Below, one piece after another: positions 10,581-19,299 of a stretch of DNA of 64,000 bases (position 1 is its first letter; every line of letters begins with the position of its first letter). Where the stretch lies: the IMG/VR virus record IMGVR_UViG_3300005827_000008. One strand, 5' to 3'. The position numbers and the translations under genes were made by a program. Origin of the DNA: an uncultured virus (IMG/VR IMGVR_UViG_3300005827_000008). Its lineage: Duplodnaviria; Heunggongvirae; Uroviricota; Caudoviricetes. The notes under the pieces were generated by a model. It ran no database searches. It saw nothing but the letters and a program-made list of their open reading frames with translations, and was not told the origin of the DNA.

Positions 10581-10920
10581 CGCCCTGCGGCTTTGCTGTC
10601 GGGCGGGACTTTTGAAAACGAATTTATCAACTTAGTAAAAAAATAAAATATGAAAACGAAAACATCATTAAACCAAGAAAACCCGCCTGCGGCAAAACCG
10701 ATGTTAGGCGATGCCTTTCGGTGGGACGAAATAGCTTATGACTTTACAAAAGAAAAAGGTCAAATTGGGGCAATACTATTTTGTGAAGAAATGATTGCCG
10801 ACAAAAAGAAACAGATTAACGAACTGGATTTTTACGATGGTGAACGAGTGTCTGCGTTACAAAATAGTATGATGGATTGGGGTGCAATTCGGAGTAGGGT
10901 GGAGAAAGGTTTCGCCTAAC
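10579..10920 (+). mobile_element. Integron-like gene cassette 2 (5' hairpin plus gene 10650-10919)
   Basis: Arms CGGCTTTGCTGTCGGGCGGG / CCCGCCTGCGGCAAAACCG; GTTAGGCGATGCCTTTC (10703) is mirrored by GAAAGGTTTCGCCTAAC (ends 10920). Confidence 0.8.
10650..10919 (+). CDS. Cassette-borne hypothetical protein, 89 aa
   Basis: Starts in the hairpin loop, reads through the right arm and GTT core, and stops in the terminal TAAC. Confidence 0.65.
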   Translation: MKTKTSLNQENPPAAKPMLGDAFRWDEIAYDFTKEKGQIGAILFCEEMIADKKKQINELDFYDGERVSALQNSMMDWGAIRSRVEKGFA

Positions 10921-10978
10921 TTGAAGACATAAGCGACTAACTAGTATAACACTATATTGTAAATAAAATAAAGGTAAG

Positions 10979-12263
10979 ATGGATAATCAGGAAATACAAA
11001 ACAAGATAAGAAGTATTGAGAGTAAAATATCTCATCAGAAATCAATAATTAAGGTCGCTGAGTCTGATATTGATATTTTGCGGAGAGAGTTGTTTTTGAT
11101 TAAATGGGTGAAAATATCGTGGAAAGACCTAGAAAGTTGGCTAAAAACAAATAGACCAGAAAATAACTATGAAAAAAATCCCATTGTTTGCGATGGTTCT
11201 TTAAACGAAAGAACAAGTTATTGCAAACTAAATAGCGAAGGAAAGTTGCAGATAGGCGCATTTAGCACTACTGACTTTTTTGAAGAAGGTAATGATAGTT
11301 TGTATGTAACCTATAATTTTGAGCCGTATCGTAGCGTATGAAGCAGCAAGTAATAACCCGCAAGGAAGCACTAAAAGGAATAAAGTTTGCGCAAGACCGT
11401 TACAGGTGGTACGGAGGCAGGGTGCGCTTTGGGTGGATGCGCCCTGAGGACTTGTTAAAAAAATCTACACAAGAGCAGATGAACGAACACATGGCGGGCG
11501 TGGTATTGGATATTGCAAAAAGAACACTACCCAAGATAAGTGTTGATTTAACCGAACAAGACGTAAGGCAGATTATCAAAAACACCCCGAAAGACGATAG
11601 TATTCTTAACAGCGTTTACGCCTCACCTGAATATTGGGAAGAATTTGACAGGGTTGTGAAGCAGCAATATTTGAAATAAAAGCGTTATTTTTGTCTTAAC
11701 AGAATTAAGCAAACATGAAAGAAAATATAGAACAAATCGAAAAGCCCTGGGATACCAATTTTCTGAGGGGAAAAGTTGAAATTGATGATTTTACAATTGA
11801 CATTTCTTTCTATGCCGGAGCTAAATCAAGGAACCATGAAATAGAAAAATTGCCTTATCTTGTGCCTTTTTTTGAGCGCATGAAACTTGAATTATGCAAA
11901 GAATTTATGTCGCAAGCTTTTGAGTCTAAGATAAAAAAACTAAACATACCAGAAGGGCTTACTGGCCCTGCGGATGAAAAACTTTTAAAGGTAATACAAT
12001 TCAATAACCTATCGGGGCAATTTGTTTTACTATGCAAAGACCCGATATGTAATCATATTTTAAGCCTTACTTTTAGGGACTTTACAACCGGGGGAGGCGT
12101 GGGTAAAGATGCCCTACCTACAAAATGGGGTCACGTTTATGGAGTTGCGGATTGTTATTTTGCTATTGTATCTCCGCGTATAACCCCACACGGGCTTGAT
12201 TATTTTGATTTATCTCTGGACTATAAAGGGTTTGATGTGTACGACTTAGATATAGAGTTTTGA
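10979..12263 (+). CDS. Three hypothetical genes (10979-11341, 11338-11679, 11715-12263)
   Basis: Co-oriented ORFs; a promoter box precedes 11715. Confidence 0.6.
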
Positions 12264-13219
12264 AGATGAAACTAATTAACAATCAAATACTCGTAAAGCC
12301 TACTTACACCGAAAAGGTGGGTTCTATTTTTATTCCCGAAAACGCTGAGTCAAAAAAGTACGCCACGGTAAGCGGTGAAGTTTTGGCTATGCCAGAATCA
12401 CCAGTTTATTGTCACGGAAACCCCATTTCCTTACAGGTAAAGGTAGGCTTTGAAATTCAAGTTGGGGATACTGTATGGTTCCACTTTTCCTGTGAAGGGG
12501 ATGCAAGAGAAGAAGGTAAGTATATCGGAGACAATTTTCTGGTAAACTACCGGGACTGCTATGTTACAAAACGTAGGGGACACATAATCCCACTAAACGG
12601 GTTCGTATTAGGAAAACCAGTTATTAGCGACTTTTTAGAACAATTCCCGGCACTAAAAGCAATTGGGTTCAGAAACTCAGACAAGTTTGTTGATGCGCAC
12701 GATTACCGGAACAGGTGTATTGTTACGCACGTAGGGCAATTAATACCCGAATACAAGCACGGAATAGATAATGAGGTTATACAGCCTGACGACCCATCTA
12801 TAAAACCAGGGGATGAGCTGTTACTCACCCCGTATGTGGGCAATGAACTTGAAAAACTTGACCAAACATTAATCCCCGGACAGCCTACATACAGGTTTCA
12901 GAGAAGGGATATTATTGGCAAAATAGTAAACGAGCAAATAGAAAGCATTTCAGACAGGTTGTTGATAAAAGCAGATTCAGCAGAAAAGAAAATAGGCAGT
13001 ATAATCATTCCAGATATTGCGCAAAAACCCACAGAAGTACAAACCGGAACCGTGTTAAGTAGGGGGTATTTTGTAAAAGAAAAGTATTCAAAGGTTTATT
13101 TCCTAAAAAGCAGGGCTATGAAAATCCTGTTTAATGGTGAGGAATATTTCTCAGCAAGGGAAAGGCATTTACTTGGTTCGGATACAAATTCACCACTATT
13201 TGCTAAGTTGAGCGTCTAA
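12260..13219 (+). CDS. Co-chaperonin GroES-like protein with three tandem domains
   Basis: Repeated GroES-like starts LINNQILVKP, IPLNGFVLGKP and ISDRLLIKA; GSIFIPENA and GSIIIPDIAQKP mobile-loop motifs; IQVGDTVWF and IKPGDELLL. Confidence 0.75.
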   Translation: MKMKLINNQILVKPTYTEKVGSIFIPENAESKKYATVSGEVLAMPESPVYCHGNPISLQVKVGFEIQVGDTVWFHFSCEGDAREEGKYIGDNFLVNYRDCYVTKRRGHIIPLNGFVLGKPVISDFLEQFPALKAIGFRNSDKFVDAHDYRNRCIVTHVGQLIPEYKHGIDNEVIQPDDPSIKPGDELLLTPYVGNELEKLDQTLIPGQPTYRFQRRDIIGKIVNEQIESISDRLLIKADSAEKKIGSIIIPDIAQKPTEVQTGTVLSRGYFVKEKYSKVYFLKSRAMKILFNGEEYFSARERHLLGSDTNSPLFAKLSV

Positions 13220-15337
13220 AACCTTCTCTTGAAGTTTCCCTTCGTTTTTAAGTTGGGTGTTTTCTAGGGATACAGCACCTTGCTCTTGTGTCATAGCAAG
13301 TTGGGTGGCATTGGCATCCGCTTTGGCCTTTTCTTCAAGTGCAAGCTGTTGTTGCCGTTGCGCTTCTGCTATTGCTTTGCCTTCTGCCTCTTTTGCTTTC
13401 AAGTATCTGGCAATTTCAGACTTAGAATCCATCATTTTTATGGCAGCAAAATCACCTAATCCAAGTCCTTGAAAGTTTTGTGCATTTTGAAGGAAAGCAA
13501 ACTGCATTTCTTTGTATTCTGCCCGGTCTTGCGGTGTTACTGCATCGCTCTGATCTATGTGGGTATTCAGTTCTTTCAGCGACCATTCCTTTTGAAACTT
13601 AACAAACTCTATTTCAGCATTGCTAAATTGCAATACCTTGTCCGCTTCCGCAAGACTGAATAGCGTTCTTCTTAAATCTGTACCTTGTTGAATAATCCGG
13701 TTTAAAAAGATAAGGAACCCGTTGTAAAAGGTTGCTGTACCATAAGACGCTTGGTCTATAATCCCTTGCTGCTCTTTAAATGAGCCTTGGGGTGTTTGTT
13801 GGCCCAAAGCAGCGTCCGGGGCAAATGCTATTCTTTTTGTTTTTTCCTCCAAACGCCTGATCTCTTGGTTCAGCGCATTTACGGCCTGACCGTTTACATT
13901 GAGGTCAGCAACACTAAACACATTTCCTTTGCCATAAACACTCTCGGCTTGGTCAATTTCCATTTCCAGATAAACGAAGTTCATGGTGGCAATATTCGAT
14001 AATACCTCTTTTGGAGAAGTGTTGTCGGGCAGTTCGCCTCCGTGCATTATCAAAACAGAGCCTTTGGCTTGATTTATAAACAGGTCTAATTTGGCCTCCA
14101 ACCCATCAATCCTGTCTGATATTGAAAAGAGTCTGTCAACTATTGATTTGTTTTTGCCAAAGAACATATTTGGCCTAAAGTCAATGAACCTTGGCATAAT
14201 GTATGACTTGTTGCGCTTTCTTTCGGTCATGTACTTTTGGATGCCAAAGTTTTTTATGTATGCGTTTCCAATATAGTCACATACATAGTTTTTCTCCATC
14301 CCGTTTTCGTATCCCTTCCACCATGCTTTTACCACGCCAACAACCGGAACTCCGTTTATCCACCTCCAATACGGGAACCCGGAATTGCCTATATAAGATG
14401 AAATAAAGGGGTATCCAAGGTTTCCGGCAGCACTGGCAGAGTTTGCTTTTGCTATCTGGTTTAGTTGCTCTTTTTCGGTGTCAGTAAAAGAATACCTTGC
14501 AAAAAGGTCTGGGATTGTCATGTAGTCAACAACACCTCCAAACTGGTCGTCATCCCCAAAGTCGTCCTTTGAGTTTGTGTCGTAAATACATTGGTGCGGG
14601 GCGTAAATATCCATTACGGTGTCATCACCTTCCACACGCACCTCCACACGCATAAACGCACAAATATTACCGTACAATATTAGCTTCATAAAGGACTTTT
14701 CATAGTCTATGGCAAAAAGAAAATCCCTTGCCACGCTTGTAAAGATTCGCTCCACTTTGTCCATTGGGCGTTCTTTAAGGTAAGATATTGCTTGTTCTTC
14801 TGACTGTATTTCTTGTCCGGGAATAGGTTGTAAATTAACGTCAAGCCCCGCCTGTTTGAGTTCGCTTGCAAGGATTGCCAAGCTTACCCTTGCGTTCATG
14901 TCGGATAAAAAGTCGGGGCTATTGTCTTTTACATTGACTCTTTTATGCAGGTTTTTAACAAAGGCTTCGTACATGAATCCTGATCTGTATTCAATAATCT
15001 CAAATATTGACTGCCCATTGATAAGCCTTGTTGGTAGTTGGCTGTTATTTACGTCCTTAACCCAGTAAGCATAAGTTATATTATTCTGGTCTCCAAAGTA
15101 ATACGACATATTCCTGATAAACTTATCAATAACCCTTCCGGTGGTTGGGTTCTGCTTACCACCTTGCGGGGAGCCGTTGGCTTTTGCGACAGTATAAGCC
15201 GTTTCTACATTTGGATTATACTGTCCGGCCACAAACCTAACATTGTTTTTGTACCAGTCCTCGTTCTTTTCTACATTCCACTGGTCGGGCTGCACAGGGA
15301 CAAAGGTATCTGGGATTGCGTCTGTTGGTATGGTCAT
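13196..15337 (-). CDS. Portal protein (probable)
   Basis: ~713 aa next to the terminase; helical, with a Q/A-rich coiled-coil C-terminus typical of podovirus portals; likely ATG at 15337. Confidence 0.7.
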   Translation of the reverse strand: MTIPTDAIPDTFVPVQPDQWNVEKNEDWYKNNVRFVAGQYNPNVETAYTVAKANGSPQGGKQNPTTGRVIDKFIRNMSYYFGDQNNITYAYWVKDVNNSQLPTRLINGQSIFEIIEYRSGFMYEAFVKNLHKRVNVKDNSPDFLSDMNARVSLAILASELKQAGLDVNLQPIPGQEIQSEEQAISYLKERPMDKVERIFTSVARDFLFAIDYEKSFMKLILYGNICAFMRVEVRVEGDDTVMDIYAPHQCIYDTNSKDDFGDDDQFGGVVDYMTIPDLFARYSFTDTEKEQLNQIAKANSASAAGNLGYPFISSYIGNSGFPYWRWINGVPVVGVVKAWWKGYENGMEKNYVCDYIGNAYIKNFGIQKYMTERKRNKSYIMPRFIDFRPNMFFGKNKSIVDRLFSISDRIDGLEAKLDLFINQAKGSVLIMHGGELPDNTSPKEVLSNIATMNFVYLEMEIDQAESVYGKGNVFSVADLNVNGQAVNALNQEIRRLEEKTKRIAFAPDAALGQQTPQGSFKEQQGIIDQASYGTATFYNGFLIFLNRIIQQGTDLRRTLFSLAEADKVLQFSNAEIEFVKFQKEWSLKELNTHIDQSDAVTPQDRAEYKEMQFAFLQNAQNFQGLGLGDFAAIKMMDSKSEIARYLKAKEAEGKAIAEAQRQQQLALEEKAKADANATQLAMTQEQGAVSLENTQLKNEGKLQEKVLDAQLSK

Positions 15338-15352
15338 AATCAAATGTTTTGA

Positions 15353-15382
15353 CAAATTTAACCAATTTTTTAATTAAATTTG
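15353..15382. promoter_or_regulatory. Back-to-back promoters for portal and terminase
   Basis: CAAATTTA (15353-15360, TAAATTTG on minus) and TAAATTTG (15375-15382, plus). Confidence 0.7.
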
Positions 15383-15403
15383 CCGTAACAGAATTAAGCA
15401 AGC

Positions 15404-15790
15404 ATGATTGATGAAGCACTTTTAGAAAAGCTGACAAAGCATAAAGACGAAAACGTGCGGGAACTGGCAGGTTGGGCGTTAAAGATAATCAAAACACCGT
15501 ATTACGATGGGTATTTGGCCGATCTAACCCAAATGCTTTTCATTGACAAAGAAATACAAGATTCCCCTATCAGCATAAAGTCTGCAAGCGAAGAAGATAC
15601 CCGGTTGTTTGATAAGGTGTTAAAGTATATGGTTGACCGCCCGAAAATACAGGCAAGTTTAGAATCTACCAGACAAAAACTATTGCCAAAACAGGTAGAG
15701 CAAGCACAGGCCGAAGCAACATCAACCATAGATGAGGTCAGAATGGCAATAGCGGATGAGTTCAGAAAAAAGAATGAAGGAGGGGAGTAG
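15404..15790 (+). CDS. Putative terminase small subunit
   Basis: 128-aa helical ORF immediately upstream of and overlapping terL; positional call. Confidence 0.5.
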   Translation: MIDEALLEKLTKHKDENVRELAGWALKIIKTPYYDGYLADLTQMLFIDKEIQDSPISIKSASEEDTRLFDKVLKYMVDRPKIQASLESTRQKLLPKQVEQAQAEATSTIDEVRMAIADEFRKKNEGGE

Positions 15791-18700
15791 GGTAACTATT
15801 CATATTGACGGGTTTCACGTTCCGTACATAACCCCGCCAGTACCAAAACTAAGCGAAATTGCCGGGCATAACCTGCCCCAAAAGCAACAAAAATGGATTC
15901 GCCCCGTATTCCCAAGTGACGAGGATGCGAAACTGATGCCCAAAAGCGAAGTTTTTGAAATTATAAAAACTGATTTAATCCGCAGAATAGAGGGTTATTG
16001 GTTTATGAATAATGGCGTGCCAACATACATAACTGGCTCCCATTATTTTACATTAACCCATTGGTACATGGCCGCAGTCAATAAGGATGGCTACCCAGAA
16101 TACCGAAACGCAGCAAAGTTATGGTTTTACACAAAGGACATAGCCGATAAAGACGAGAACTGTTTTGGGCTTATAATGATGTGCCAAAAAAGATTCGGAA
16201 AGGCACTTGACATAAATACACCCATTCCTACTCCTGGTGGGTGGACGATTATGAAAGACTTACAGGTGGGTGATTATGTATTTGGGGCAGACGGAAAGCC
16301 TACAAAGATTACATTTGAAAGCGGGATTCAATATAACCGGAACTGTTATAAGGTTATATTCTCTGATGGGTCTGAAATCATAGCAGATGAAGAGCATAGG
16401 TGGCTGGCATCAAACGCAAAAGATAGAGCATCTACATCGTGGTTAAGGGCAAAAAACAAAGGTAAAGTTTATCCCGAAAAGGTGGTTACCACAAGAGAAA
16501 TGGCCGAATCTATAAAATCACAGCAAGGATTTTCAAATTGGGCTATAAAAAACACATTAGAAGTACAATACCCAAAAAACGAATTAAGCATACCTCCGTA
16601 TATTTTAGGTATATGGCTTGGCGATGGAAGTTCGTCATATACTAAATTGACCAACGTAGATGCTGACATAATAGAGAGTTGGGTAAATTATGGGAAGTCT
16701 ATCGGGTTGGGTGTGGTTAAAGACCAAGATATAACGTATATGCTAACGCCCGGCAGGACTGGTGTTGGGGGCAAAAACCCATTATTATTGCGACTAAGAG
16801 GGTATGATTTGATAAATAATAAGCATATCCCGCTTGACTATTTACAATCGTCAATATCCGACAGGGTAGAATTATTAAGAGGGTTGATGGATACAGATGG
16901 GTGTAAGTTAAAACAAGCGCAGGTATTTGAGTTTTGCTCAAAAAGAGAAGTGTTGGCAAAAAACGTCAAACAACTGGTTGAATCGTTGGGGATGAAATGC
17001 ACTTTAACGGAAAAATACAATAAAAAAGTGCAGAAGACCTACTATTACGTAAGGTTTGGTTCTTATAAAATAAACCCATTTAAACTAAAAAGAAAGTCTG
17101 ATTTATTTGGGGTGTCCAATAGGGTCAATACCGTTTTAGATTATAGGTATATTGTTGATATTGTCCCCGTTGAAACAAGACCCGTAAAGTGTATTCAGGT
17201 TGACAATGATAACCACACATATTTATGCGGGGAAAGCTATATTGTAACACACAATACTGAGTACGAATTAGCTGATATGTACAATAAGGCAACCAGAGGC
17301 GGGATTAGGATGCTAAAGGGGCTTGTAATTGAGGATAAAGATTGCCTTTTCGGGATGCAATCCCTCACTGCAACGGAAGCAAAAAACAACCTTTTCAAAA
17401 GTAGGCTCATGCGCTCCCACATGAAGATACAGAGGTATTTGAAACCGGAATCAAATGAAACTGGCTCAAAAAGAGAAATTGTCGGGGAACTCACGTTTAA
17501 AGGGACAAATATTGGGGGTGGTAAATACAAGGATGCTTTAAGAAACGTCATTGACCATAGGCCAACACTCGTAAGCGCATACCAAGGTAAAAGACCGAGG
17601 CAAATATTTATTGACGAGCCGGGGTCTATTGAGGAAATGGACTTAGAAAACTGGTGGACTACGGTAAAAGAACAGCTTGCGCTTGGTACAAAGGCTTTTG
17701 GGAAAGCATTTTTGCCTACCACATTAGAAACAATGACACCAAGGGGCGCAGATGCTTTTAAGAAAATATGGGAAGAAAGCGACCCAAACAAGAGAGACCC
17801 AAACGGAAGAACAACGTCTGGGCTGTACAGGTATTTTAAAGCACAATATCTTGGCAGGGAGGATTTTGTAGATGAATACGGGAATGACCTTATTGAAGAA
17901 GCTAAACAATTTAGGGCTAACCAACTGGAAAACGCAAGCCCATCCCAACAGCAAAAGATAAAAAGGCAGTACCCCGAAACAGTAGAAGAAGCGTTCGGGT
18001 TGATAATAGGCGGTGTTTGGGAGGACGATGTAAAAGAATCGCTTGTTGCAGACGAGGCTTTATGCGCAAAGTCCATAGTAAAGTACGTTACATTGCGCAT
18101 GAGCAACGGGGCTATTGTAGAATCATTTGCCCCAAAAACAGACGAAGCAGCAATAAAGATTCTGGAAACGCCCCTACCCAATACAATTTATTCTTTGGGT
18201 ATAGATAGCGCAACCACAGACGATGAAACTGGTGATAGCGGAGGCTCTAAGATTGCGGCAGTCGTCACCAAGGGTGCCGGGGAGGGTGCCTGTATGTATT
18301 CGCCCACAATTGCTTATTCTGAAAGGGCGCTAAACAAAGAGGCGTGTTACCATAAAATATTCCTTATAGCAAGGTATATAATAGATAAAGGCGGGATACT
18401 CAAAATTACCGGGGAGATAAACGGAGGGGGCGCAGATTGTTTTAGGTATTTATGTAACAGAGGATTAAAGCCGTATATGACCGGAACCCCAAAGCAATAC
18501 GCCAACTCGTCTGCCGGGGATAAGACCGGGCAATTCTGGCTTTATGTCGGTCCTGATTTGTTGAAATTCCTTCACGGGTTGGGTAACAGGTTTTTAAGGT
18601 TTTGCCATGAACACGGCACAGGAATAAAAATACTTTCTGTGGCACGTTCTTTAATAAAATACAAGGGAGGCTCGAATGAAGACGAGGCAAGTGCGTATTT

Positions 18701-18809
18701 AATATCATTATGGAACTTCCGGGATTTTGATAAGTTTGAGAAAAAAGCCAAAAAAGCCCCGGTGAAAATGCCTAAGTTTAATCAGGACACAGGAATGTGG
18801 GAGGGTTAA
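15756..18809 (+). CDS. terL: Terminase large subunit containing an intein
   Basis: GYWFMNNGVPTYITGSHYF N-terminus, Walker A QKRFGK/T, Walker B IFIDEPG, nuclease YSLGIDS. Confidence 0.9.
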   Translation: MSSEKRMKEGSRVTIHIDGFHVPYITPPVPKLSEIAGHNLPQKQQKWIRPVFPSDEDAKLMPKSEVFEIIKTDLIRRIEGYWFMNNGVPTYITGSHYFTLTHWYMAAVNKDGYPEYRNAAKLWFYTKDIADKDENCFGLIMMCQKRFGKALDINTPIPTPGGWTIMKDLQVGDYVFGADGKPTKITFESGIQYNRNCYKVIFSDGSEIIADEEHRWLASNAKDRASTSWLRAKNKGKVYPEKVVTTREMAESIKSQQGFSNWAIKNTLEVQYPKNELSIPPYILGIWLGDGSSSYTKLTNVDADIIESWVNYGKSIGLGVVKDQDITYMLTPGRTGVGGKNPLLLRLRGYDLINNKHIPLDYLQSSISDRVELLRGLMDTDGCKLKQAQVFEFCSKREVLAKNVKQLVESLGMKCTLTEKYNKKVQKTYYYVRFGSYKINPFKLKRKSDLFGVSNRVNTVLDYRYIVDIVPVETRPVKCIQVDNDNHTYLCGESYIVTHNTEYELADMYNKATRGGIRMLKGLVIEDKDCLFGMQSLTATEAKNNLFKSRLMRSHMKIQRYLKPESNETGSKREIVGELTFKGTNIGGGKYKDALRNVIDHRPTLVSAYQGKRPRQIFIDEPGSIEEMDLENWWTTVKEQLALGTKAFGKAFLPTTLETMTPRGADAFKKIWEESDPNKRDPNGRTTSGLYRYFKAQYLGREDFVDEYGNDLIEEAKQFRANQLENASPSQQQKIKRQYPETVEEAFGLIIGGVWEDDVKESLVADEALCAKSIVKYVTLRMSNGAIVESFAPKTDEAAIKILETPLPNTIYSLGIDSATTDDETGDSGGSKIAAVVTKGAGEGACMYSPTIAYSERALNKEACYHKIFLIARYIIDKGGILKITGEINGGGADCFRYLCNRGLKPYMTGTPKQYANSSAGDKTGQFWLYVGPDLLKFLHGLGNRFLRFCHEHGTGIKILSVARSLIKYKGGSNEDEASAYLISLWNFRDFDKFEKKAKKAPVKMPKFNQDTGMWEG
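16203..17255 (+). mobile_element. Class 3 (Ala1) intein with LAGLIDADG homing endonuclease, 351 aa
   Basis: Starts ALDINTPIPTPGGW; ADEEHRW; ILGIWLGDG and LLRGLMDTDG; ends VKCIQVD...IVTHN followed by Thr. Confidence 0.9.
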
Positions 18810-19186
18810 CTATTGTTATTATTAAAAAAATAAGACACAGCAAATTCAACCGTTTGTGATTCTGACCACCCATTTTTGTCCCTTAAAGACTCTAATTTTT
18901 TCAAGGTATTAATTGGTGGCCTGTAAGAATAAAGGTTAGCAACAAATTTCTGATCTAGTAACTCCATAAGTTTAGGCTTCCAATTTCCGCTTGTTGCATC
19001 AATGCACTTGTCGCTATCCTTTATTCGATTGCTTAGTTCAAATAAGTTTAGGTATCTGGATATTACAATATAATGTACCTCAAATAATTGTTCAGATGTT
19101 GGCCGTTCCTCAAACCCGTAATGGGTTAAGAAATGGGATATTTCCTGATCTGATTCATAATTCGATAATAAAACTATCTTTTTCAT
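18806..19186 (-). CDS. Antisense gene with C-terminal RHH-like DNA-binding segment
   Basis: YSYRPPINTLKKLESLRDKNGWSESQTVEFAVSYFF; own promoter TATATTTG (minus, 19221-19228). Confidence 0.55.
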   Translation of the reverse strand: MKKIVLLSNYESDQEISHFLTHYGFEERPTSEQLFEVHYIVISRYLNLFELSNRIKDSDKCIDATSGNWKPKLMELLDQKFVANLYSYRPPINTLKKLESLRDKNGWSESQTVEFAVSYFFNNNNS

Positions 19187-19299
19187 TCAAAAGTGTTACA
19201 ACCTGTAACGGACTGTAACGCAAATATACGCTATCTATCTAAATAACAAAATACTTAGGTAGAAATTTGTGACAGGAAAATAAATTAAGCGATATTTTT

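Noticed and set aside
17237..18181. Long antisense ORFs (314 aa here, and others opposite structural genes)
   Set aside because: Shadow frames of well-supported plus-strand genes, with no motifs
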